From an uncultured Phycisphaerales bacterium (lineage in GTDB: Bacteria; Planctomycetota; Phycisphaerae; Phycisphaerales; SM1A02): a stretch of DNA of 64,000 bases. The notes beneath the pieces are model-generated. The model was not told the DNA's origin. It was given only the letters and a program-made list of their open reading frames with translations, and ran no database searches. Both the position numbers and the translations under genes were made by a program. Of the stretch, positions 56,331 to 64,000 are shown piece by piece (within the stretch, counting starts at the first letter, position 1; each line of letters begins with the position of its first letter). The stretch covers positions 1 to 64,000 of the forward strand of contig CALKEP010000012.1 of the NCBI GenBank assembly GCA_938084645.1. Direction: 5' to 3'.

Positions 56331-57989
56331 ATGACGCCACGCGCTCGAAATCGAAACCTCGTCCTTCCGTTCATCCTCGCGCTCCTCGGAGGCTGGCTGG
56401 CCCTGTGGCTCGCGTGGCATGGATGGCTTGAGGATGTCGTCGATTCGGCGGCGTCCGGCCGGGGTGGCTTCGATGCCCTGGTCGACCTGATCGAGCGACG
56501 CCGCGCGGTCGATCCCGCGTGGGAGGCCCCGGAACACGCGCTGTGGGTGGGGCGGACCGTCATGACCCGGTTCGGCCTGCTGTGGATGCTCGTCGTGGCC
56601 GGCGCACTGGGCTTCATCCATCGGGCGTCCCTGGCCCGCGGCGCGAAGGCCTTCTTCACCGAACCCGACGCCCCCCTCAACCTCGCGGTCCTCCGAATCA
56701 CCACCTTCGGAGCGTTGCTCGTGATTCCCGCGGGACGCGAGGAGTTCCTCGTGCATGCCGCCCTGCCGGAGGCGCTGCTCTTCCCACCCTCGGGCATCGG
56801 TCCCCTGCTCACGAACCTCATTCCCGATCCGTCCACCGCCCGCCTGATCCTCATCGCCTGGATCGTGGCGACCGCGATGGCGATGCTCGGCCTTCTGACC
56901 CGCCCTGCGGCCATCGCGAGCACGCTGCTCACGATGCTCGTGCTCGGCATCCCGCAACTCCACGGCAAGGTCAACCACGCGCACCATCTGGTGTGGTTCG
57001 CCCTCCTCCTCGCGAGTTCTCGCTGCGGCGACGTCCTCTCCCTCGACGCCTGGATTCGACGAAGACGCCCGGCACCGTGCTCCGACGTGCGCTACGGACT
57101 TCCACTTCGATTCACCTGGATCCTTCTGGGGATGGTCTATCTCTTCCCCGGCGTCTGGAAACTCTGGACCGGCGGCGTGGACTGGATCTTCAGCGATCAC
57201 CTGCGCCACCAGATCTGGCACCAGTGGACGACGCACGCGAACTGGACCCCGGTTCTGGATCCCACCGGAAGCCCGTGGCTGCTTCGCGTCGGCGGACTGG
57301 GCGTGATCGCCTTCGAGATCTCGTTCATCCTGCTGATGCTGCGCCGGCCGACGCGAATCATCGCCCTGGTCCTCGGCACGCTCTTCCACCTCGCGAATCT
57401 CCTCACCCTGAACATCGGGTTCTATTCACTCCTGGCGATCTACCCGTGCCTCGTCGACTGGCCTCGGTTGCTCTCGAGACTGGGCCTTCGATCGCCGACC
57501 CTCGGGATCCCCCGTGGAGTCGGCCCGTCGCCTCGAGGGGCACTTCTCCCCGTCACGGTCGTCGGTGCGATCCTCCTCATCGGCAACGGGTGGTACGGGA
57601 TCCGCGGCGACAACTACGGCTGGCCGTTCGCGTGCTATCCCAAGTTCGGATACCCGATCCGTGAACCGGTCCGCTCGATCATCGAGGTCGAGATCACCGC
57701 TCCGGACGGAGAACGAATGGTGGCGTCGTTCGCCACCGGCAAGGGCCCGGTGCGCACCGCGCGCTGGATCGGCATGGTCTCCCGGGTGCTCAAGCTCCCA
57801 CCCGGTGATCGAAGGGATGCCGGCCTGCAGGCGCTGGCGGAGCTCGCGGTCGGAAACCGGCCTCCCGGAACGACGCTGCACTTCTTCCGAGCGGAGTACG
57901 CCACCCGCCCGAGCGATCGCGGGGCATCGGCGATCCGCCGCGAACCCCTCGCGTCGGTGACGATTCTCGAAACGCCGACGGACCGCTAG
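56331..57989 (+). CDS. HTTM-domain (vitamin K-dependent carboxylase/SdpB-like) membrane protein
   Basis: LAVLRI, GLLTR, GKVNH, LSLD.W, YLFPGVWKL, FEISF, LFHL.N, WPF.CYPKF. Confidence 0.75.
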   Translation: MTPRARNRNLVLPFILALLGGWLALWLAWHGWLEDVVDSAASGRGGFDALVDLIERRRAVDPAWEAPEHALWVGRTVMTRFGLLWMLVVAGALGFIHRASLARGAKAFFTEPDAPLNLAVLRITTFGALLVIPAGREEFLVHAALPEALLFPPSGIGPLLTNLIPDPSTARLILIAWIVATAMAMLGLLTRPAAIASTLLTMLVLGIPQLHGKVNHAHHLVWFALLLASSRCGDVLSLDAWIRRRRPAPCSDVRYGLPLRFTWILLGMVYLFPGVWKLWTGGVDWIFSDHLRHQIWHQWTTHANWTPVLDPTGSPWLLRVGGLGVIAFEISFILLMLRRPTRIIALVLGTLFHLANLLTLNIGFYSLLAIYPCLVDWPRLLSRLGLRSPTLGIPRGVGPSPRGALLPVTVVGAILLIGNGWYGIRGDNYGWPFACYPKFGYPIREPVRSIIEVEITAPDGERMVASFATGKGPVRTARWIGMVSRVLKLPPGDRRDAGLQALAELAVGNRPPGTTLHFFRAEYATRPSDRGASAIRREPLASVTILETPTDR

Positions 57990-60900
57990 GGCCCCGAGCA
58001 GAGATTCTCGGCGAGCTCGACGCAGGCGAGGTCCCAGACCACGTCGCAGCAGAACGCGTCGACACCGCAGACGGCGTCGCAACATTCCAGGTCGTCGCAA
58101 CTGGGCACCGGGGACGGCTCGAAGCAGTCCCCCGCGCCCGGATCGCCGCAAGGAGCATTCTCGCATCCTTCGATCGGTTCGAATCGACAGTCGCCGGTCA
58201 CGGGATCGCAGAAGTCCTCGGTGCAGGGATTGCCGTCGTCGCAACGCACGCCCTCACAAGGGTCGGGCGAGCAGTCCGGAATCGAAAGATTCGTGCATCC
58301 CCCGGTGATCGGGTCGCACTCGTCGACCGTGCAGTCGTCCCCGTCGTCGCAGGGATCGCCGAAGCACGGATCGGTGATGCAACCGGGAAGCCTGAAACGG
58401 GTGCAGGCTCCGGTGACCGGATGGCAGCCTTCCAGCGTGCACTCGTCGCCGTCGCAGTCGTCCGAAGCGCACCCCGCGGGACAATCGCCCCAGCCGAGGA
58501 ACAACAGCCCCAGATCGCCACCTCCGACGACGCCATCACCATCGAGGTCCGCGGGTCCGTCTCCGCCCCAGTCGAGGAAGAGCTGCCCGAGGTCGCCTCC
58601 CCCCACGACGCCGTCCCCGTCGAGATCGGCGGGGCACGACGCACCCACCACGCAATCGTCGGGGATTCCATCCCCGTCCGCGTCGACCAGCAATCCATCG
58701 CGAATATCGCAGTCGTCGGGCAGGCCGTTCCCGTTGCAGTCGGCACTGCTCCCCACGGGCCAGACATCGAGCAAGGCGCCGACCGGAATGACGCCTCGGC
58801 TGATTCTCACCTCGTCGATCGCGCCGCGAAGTCGCTGATTGAACTGCCCCGAGCTGTTCGTGTGGGCGCCGAGGATGAGATTCCCCTGCCAGGCGTAGCG
58901 GTCGACGTCGCTCCCTTCGTACTCGATGGTCTCGAACCGTCCATCGATTCCGAAACGAACCGTCTCCGCACGGGCGTCGATCGCAACGCTGACGTGATGC
59001 CAGCCGGTGGCCTCGACTTCGAGATACGACGTGACGCACCAGGTGTCGGCCCCGTCGCCGAACTGGAGGACCATCTCTCGGCCGCTCAGACCGGAGGGCT
59101 TTCCGTACCGCCGATCCATGCCCGTCGGCAGATTGCCTCCCTGGACCACGAAGGCGTAGTCCATCCTCGCGCCCCCGGAATCCCCGGGCTTCCGCTGGAC
59201 CAGGTACTGACGACGACTGGGGTCGCCCATGGCACCGAGCTGGTCGAGCCGGACCCACGCCTCGATCGTGAAACTCCCCCGACCCATGGCGAACCGCTGG
59301 TCGGGATCCCGCACTCGAACGAAGCCGGTGTCGCCGATCTCGAGCGATCCCCGATTCACCGCACCGAGAATGCCCGGCACCGCGTCGACCCCGACGTCGA
59401 CGACCACGCCGGAATCCCCTTGCAGGTCGCCTTGCAGATTCGAGAAGCCGAGATTGGTCCCGTCCTCCTCGAAACGCCAGTACCCCACCGCAGGGAAGAA
59501 CGGGCCCGATCGATCGATCAGATCACAGCGATCCGGACGGCCGTTGCCGTTGCAGTCGAGGCATCCGGGGTCGCCGTCACAGGTGGCGATGTCCAACGCG
59601 TCTGCGACGCCGTTGCCATCGCAGTCGAGTTCCGGCGCGCAGATCACGCCTCGGAGATTCCACTCGGATGCCCCCAGGTCCACGGCCCCCCCGGGAAGTT
59701 CGGGACCGTCCGGAACCGAGGGGTCGTCCACGAACCGCGGGAGTCCGAAGTAGTCCAGCGGAATCGCTTCCGTGAGATCGCCGTCGAGATCGACGTCCGC
59801 CCGATCCGCTGGAACGAGCGTCGCGTCTCCAGCGTCGATTCCAAGCAGACACCCGGTGGCCCGGTAGTCCTCGTCGCCGGTGCCGCCGACCTGATCGGGC
59901 CCCCGGCGGTCGACGATTCCGGCCGGGCCGTCGAACCGGCCCGGCACTTCACCCTCCCAGACCGAGACGTTCGCCCATCGCAGATCGCTGATCCAGGTCT
60001 CGTTTCGATTGGCGATGTCCGGCCAGCGAGCGGCATGATTCCCTCGAACGATGCTGTTGGCGACGAGGCCGGCGGGATTCACGCAGATTCCCCCGGCGGT
60101 CTCGTAGGACTCGTTGTCGACGATGGTGCAGTTCACCACCCGATGATCGATCTGGTGGACATCGAGTCCTCCCCCCCGCCAGTACGCGAAGTTACCGGCG
60201 AAGACGCAGTTGGCGACGACGACGTCGCCGCCTCGAATCCGCGCCCCACCACCGGCATCCGTGCATCGGTTCTGGAAGAAGCCGGTGTTGACGATGTCGA
60301 CCGGCAACCGATCCGCCTCCAGTCCGCCGCCCACCCCGTTGCGTGCGATGTTGCGCGTGAAGCGTGAACCGACGATCACGAGGGCGGTGCCCTGGTCGGC
60401 GTAGACCCCACCGCCGACCTCGGCGGCGTTGTCGGTGAAGATGCACTGGCGAATCTCCGTCGGGATCCCCCCGGTCCGCAGGCCTCCTCCGTCACTGACG
60501 TCGGCGATGTTGCGCTCGAACCGGCACCCGACGATCCGAAGGGAGTCCCCTTGATCGGCGTGAATGCCGCCGCCCTTCCCGTAGGCTCGATTGTCGATGA
60601 AGTCGGCGAACCGGATGCTCGCCGTGGTGCACCGGATGTCGAGTCCTCCGCCATCCCCACCGGCGTCGTTGAAGGTGAATTCGGCGGTCTCGAGCTCCAG
60701 GGTCGTCCCGCTGAACGCGAAGCCGCCGCCACGCCCCCCGCAAACGTTGGAATCGAAGACGCAACGCCGGATGCTCGCGGTGCCGCTCTCGACGGACACG
60801 CCGCCGCCCGGGCCGGTCGTCACGTTGCCGATGAACGAGCAGTCCTCCAGCACGAGGTCGGTTTCCTTGGCAAGGATCCCGCCGCCCCCGTCGTCTCCGT

Positions 60901-61516
60901 AGTTGTCACGAAACTCGGTCCGGCGAATCACGAGCGCCGGCGAATCGATCACGTAGATGGCGCCACCCCGGTACCAGGAGGCCACGTTCCCCTCGAAGAC
61001 GCAGTCTTCGATCAGCGGCGATCCGCGACGGGCGTACAACCCGCCACCGTCGAAGGTGGCCTCGTTGTCACGGATGATGCAGTTTCGGATGGTCGGCGAG
61101 GTCTCGTTGCAGAAGATCCCGCCGCCGTAGCAGAAGAAGAGGTCGCAGTTTCCGGTGCCGTTTCGGAGTTCGAACCCCTCGATGACCGACGCCCGGCCCT
61201 CCCCATTGGCGAAGACCACCACGCTGTTGTCGTAGTTCGCCGCATCGAGCGTCGTCTTCTCGGGACCGTCGGTGCTGCGAACGGTGATCGCCTTCCCGTC
61301 GAAGTCGACCGTTCCCAGGTAGTTCCCGGGACGAACCAGAACGACATCGCCGTCCTCAGCGGCTGCAACCGCGGCGGACACCGTGAAGTAGTCGTCCGGA
61401 ACCACGATCTCATCGGCCCGGACCGATGTCGCCGACAGCAGGCTCGACACCAGCGCAGCCACGATCGGTGCGGTGGCGGCGAGCCCTCGAGACCAGGCGA
61501 CGTCTTCGTTCTTCAT
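57986..61516 (-). CDS. Large secreted surface protein: right-handed beta-helix repeats, LamG, DCNGNG repeats, dockerin-like pair, Cys-rich repeats
   Basis: Signal peptide; VPDDY.T...AV..A.DGD.VLV.PG.Y; many F..N.A..GGG repeats; FTIEAWV..WHHV..G.IDEVRIS; CDDGxxCTxDxC repeats; CC..WD..C tail. Confidence 0.85.
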   Translation of the reverse strand: MKNEDVAWSRGLAATAPIVAALVSSLLSATSVRADEIVVPDDYFTVSAAVAAAEDGDVVLVRPGNYLGTVDFDGKAITVRSTDGPEKTTLDAANYDNSVVVFANGEGRASVIEGFELRNGTGNCDLFFCYGGGIFCNETSPTIRNCIIRDNEATFDGGGLYARRGSPLIEDCVFEGNVASWYRGGAIYVIDSPALVIRRTEFRDNYGDDGGGGILAKETDLVLEDCSFIGNVTTGPGGGVSVESGTASIRRCVFDSNVCGGRGGGFAFSGTTLELETAEFTFNDAGGDGGGLDIRCTTASIRFADFIDNRAYGKGGGIHADQGDSLRIVGCRFERNIADVSDGGGLRTGGIPTEIRQCIFTDNAAEVGGGVYADQGTALVIVGSRFTRNIARNGVGGGLEADRLPVDIVNTGFFQNRCTDAGGGARIRGGDVVVANCVFAGNFAYWRGGGLDVHQIDHRVVNCTIVDNESYETAGGICVNPAGLVANSIVRGNHAARWPDIANRNETWISDLRWANVSVWEGEVPGRFDGPAGIVDRRGPDQVGGTGDEDYRATGCLLGIDAGDATLVPADRADVDLDGDLTEAIPLDYFGLPRFVDDPSVPDGPELPGGAVDLGASEWNLRGVICAPELDCDGNGVADALDIATCDGDPGCLDCNGNGRPDRCDLIDRSGPFFPAVGYWRFEEDGTNLGFSNLQGDLQGDSGVVVDVGVDAVPGILGAVNRGSLEIGDTGFVRVRDPDQRFAMGRGSFTIEAWVRLDQLGAMGDPSRRQYLVQRKPGDSGGARMDYAFVVQGGNLPTGMDRRYGKPSGLSGREMVLQFGDGADTWCVTSYLEVEATGWHHVSVAIDARAETVRFGIDGRFETIEYEGSDVDRYAWQGNLILGAHTNSSGQFNQRLRGAIDEVRISRGVIPVGALLDVWPVGSSADCNGNGLPDDCDIRDGLLVDADGDGIPDDCVVGASCPADLDGDGVVGGGDLGQLFLDWGGDGPADLDGDGVVGGGDLGLLFLGWGDCPAGCASDDCDGDECTLEGCHPVTGACTRFRLPGCITDPCFGDPCDDGDDCTVDECDPITGGCTNLSIPDCSPDPCEGVRCDDGNPCTEDFCDPVTGDCRFEPIEGCENAPCGDPGAGDCFEPSPVPSCDDLECCDAVCGVDAFCCDVVWDLACVELAENLCSGP

Positions 61517-64000
61517 TCACAATCTCCCCACGCCGCGAAGAGCGCTCCGAGATCGGATCCACCGACGATTCCATCCCCATCGAAGTCGGCCGTCCCGCTC
61601 GCACCCCACTGGGTGAACAGGACGCCCAGGTCCGCGCCGTTGACCCTGCCGTCACCGTCGAGGTCCTCGGGACAGGGCGGGCCTCCGCACTCGTCGGGCA
61701 CCCCATCGCCGTCTCCGTCCGCGGAGGCGGCGTCGTAGGGACGGTCGAGCATCTCCTCGAGCGGCGTCAGGCCCGACCGGATCCTGGCCTCGTCGACGAG
61801 TCCGCGCACGCCCTGGTTCCACCCGCCGGAATCGTTGACATGGGCGCCGACCGCGAATCGGTGCGCATTGGGGTTCAGTCCTCGATTCTCGAAGCGCTGC
61901 AGGTCCACCACGCCATCCAGTTCGAAGCGGACTTCGGAGCGGATCGGGTCCCAGCCGACCGAAACGTGGTGCCAGTCGCCGTCCTCGATCTGGAGGTCGC
62001 TCAACACGCACCACTTGTCACCCGCGGCGCCGCTCCCGGTGCCGAGGACCATGGCCAGCTGCCGTCCGGTGGGAAACGGCCCGTCACCGAAGACCCCGAG
62101 ATCACAGACCTCGTGGATGTTGCCCGCCTGCACGAGGAACGCCCACTCGATCCGGCCGTCCGAGGTGGGGTTCTTCCGCTGGAACAACCACTGACGCTGG
62201 GCGGGCGTCGACGCATCGCTGGCCAGCTCGTCGATCCGCACCCAGGCCTCCGCGGTGAAACGACGGTCGACGAGACTCAGATCCCGGTTCGGATCGAGCG
62301 TCGTCAGCCGAGAGGAGAAGTCGAAGGTCGCCGAACCGAGATCCGGGTCGCCGGTTCTCGGGATCGAATCGACGGGCGTCGAGGCCGTCGCGCCGACACC
62401 CGAGACGTCGAGGTGCAGCCCGAGGGGCCCGCTGTCCCGTCCGAGGTCGGATGAATCGTCGAACCGCCACCACGCCACCACGGCGTCACCTTCGAAGCCG
62501 ATGTCGCACGCATCCGGAACACCGTTCCCGTTGCAATCCTCCGCGAGCCCGGTCGCGATCGCGATCGCGTCGGACACGCCGTCGCCGTCGCAATCCGCCG
62601 CGCAGGCGTCCGCGAGTCCGTCACCATCGCGATCGACGATGGGCCGAAGATTCGCCATCGGCACCATCGCGTAGTCGCTGTCCGCGGGCGCTCGGAGACG
62701 GAGACGGATCGTTGCATCGCCACCGCTCTCGTAGTATTCCACCCGGATCGCGCGCCGGTCACCCGCGACCAGATCCAGCTCGAAGTCGAAGTTGGGGCCT
62801 GCCCCCCCATCTTCCCACTCGTCCACGACCTGGACGTCGTCGATCCAGATCCGAAGCCCGTCATCGGCCTGAGCTCGGAATCGGTGCAGGCCGGTCTGAT
62901 CGGCGACGAAGGTGCCGGTCCAGCGAACCGCGAAGTTGTCATTGGGAAGCAGGTCGGTCGGCGAGCCGCCTCCCCACTCGAAGAAGACGGTCTCGTCGAG
63001 TCGGCCCAGCACGAGCTCCGAGAATCGATCCTCGCCCTGACTTCGGAAATAGGTTCCCAGAATGCCCGGCTCACCCGCCACGCACTGATCCGGGATGAGA
63101 TCGCCATCGCAGTCGAGTTCGGGCTGGCACTCGTCGAGCACCCCGTCGAGATTGCAGTCGCTTCCGCCCCGCAGAAGGTCGAAGTCGTCGGCGAGACCGT
63201 TCCCGTTGCAATCGCCCGAACTGCAGAGATCGATCACCCCGTCTCCATCACGGTCCAACACCGGCGTGAACGCGGAGACCGGGATGATCGTCTCGCGACC
63301 ACCCGGCACGGTCCACCAGAGTCGACAACGAGCGTTTCCTCCGTACTCGGTGAAGATCGCCCGGAACGCCACCGGTTGACCGGCGACGAGATCGATGTCG
63401 AAGGAACCGCTGCCGGTCCCGGGCTCCGTGGGATTGGAACTCGCACCGAGGACGACGTCCCCGTCGATCCACGCGCGGAAGCGATCGTCGGCTTCGAATC
63501 GAAGGCGATGCGATCCGGTCACCTTCGAGACCAGGGCACCGGTCCATTCGATCGCGAAGAAGTCCTCGTACCCGTCCGCCACCGGAAGACCGTTCTCGGT
63601 GTCGAACTCGATTCCCGGCTCGATCCTCGTCAGCGAAGGGGGACCGAGTCGCCGTTCGTTGTTCCAGTAGTCGGCGGCGAGACCGGTCCCGGGCTGAAGC
63701 GCGCAGATGTCGAGGATTCCATCCCCATCACAGTCCGCGAGTGACTGGCAGTCATCCGGGATGCCGTCTCCGTCGCAGTCGGTGCTTCCGCCCGACGCGA
63801 TGTCCTCGTCGTCGGGGATCGAGTTGCCGTTGCAGTCCGCCTCGCATTCGTCGGGCGTGCCGTCGCCATCCACGTCGGTGCCCGTCCCGCACCATGGCTG
63901 ATCGCACCCCACCGCTCGGATCGCCCAGTCTCCGTCGCAGCCGGAACAGATCGAGCCCGCAGGCTGGGCCCCCGTGAGTTCGCCGGGATCGATCGGCCCG
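61513..64000 (-). CDS. Large surface protein, 5' end outside the window: two PA14 domains, LamG, DCNGNG/DCDGDG repeats, dockerin-like pair
   Basis: Frame stays open from 63912 to the window edge; GL.A.Y...F...WTG....G.HR...ADD..R.WID twice; ATGA overlap with the next gene. Confidence 0.85.
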   Translation of the reverse strand, partial: GPIDPGELTGAQPAGSICSGCDGDWAIRAVGCDQPWCGTGTDVDGDGTPDECEADCNGNSIPDDEDIASGGSTDCDGDGIPDDCQSLADCDGDGILDICALQPGTGLAADYWNNERRLGPPSLTRIEPGIEFDTENGLPVADGYEDFFAIEWTGALVSKVTGSHRLRFEADDRFRAWIDGDVVLGASSNPTEPGTGSGSFDIDLVAGQPVAFRAIFTEYGGNARCRLWWTVPGGRETIIPVSAFTPVLDRDGDGVIDLCSSGDCNGNGLADDFDLLRGGSDCNLDGVLDECQPELDCDGDLIPDQCVAGEPGILGTYFRSQGEDRFSELVLGRLDETVFFEWGGGSPTDLLPNDNFAVRWTGTFVADQTGLHRFRAQADDGLRIWIDDVQVVDEWEDGGAGPNFDFELDLVAGDRRAIRVEYYESGGDATIRLRLRAPADSDYAMVPMANLRPIVDRDGDGLADACAADCDGDGVSDAIAIATGLAEDCNGNGVPDACDIGFEGDAVVAWWRFDDSSDLGRDSGPLGLHLDVSGVGATASTPVDSIPRTGDPDLGSATFDFSSRLTTLDPNRDLSLVDRRFTAEAWVRIDELASDASTPAQRQWLFQRKNPTSDGRIEWAFLVQAGNIHEVCDLGVFGDGPFPTGRQLAMVLGTGSGAAGDKWCVLSDLQIEDGDWHHVSVGWDPIRSEVRFELDGVVDLQRFENRGLNPNAHRFAVGAHVNDSGGWNQGVRGLVDEARIRSGLTPLEEMLDRPYDAASADGDGDGVPDECGGPPCPEDLDGDGRVNGADLGVLFTQWGASGTADFDGDGIVGGSDLGALFAAWGDCE

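Overview
High-GC, gene-dense bacterial window, most likely from an aquatic Planctomycetota (Phycisphaerae-like) genome. This is inferred from the PSCyt/DUF1549/DUF1553 + DUF1501 pair, VPAPG/VPG-type C-terminal sorting signals and about ten secreted proteins with paired 'D-x-N-x-D-G-x-V-x-G-x-D-L-G-x-L-L-x-x-W-G-x-C' dockerin-like repeats. No rRNA, tRNA, CRISPR array, integrase or transposase was recognised. Contents: a DTE-motif rhodopsin with blh; a tandemly duplicated (two-repeat) TMEM175-family channel whose 3' end is repeated (85 bp) around an AT-richer ~3 kb island (GYF-like and ankyrin genes); a CASTOR/POLLUX-like channel; GH16-like and clan GH-A glycosidases with dockerin-like tags; an ECF sigma/anti-sigma/YHYH/redoxin/cytochrome c-monooxygenase-like operon in which the copper ligands appear lost; an L-rhamnose catabolic operon; a three-sulfotransferase + GT2 + HTTM cluster; and two very large Cys/Asp-rich surface proteins, the last truncated by the window edge. 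All family calls come from motif recognition by eye, not from database searches. Several start codons were re-chosen downstream of the ORF-track start.
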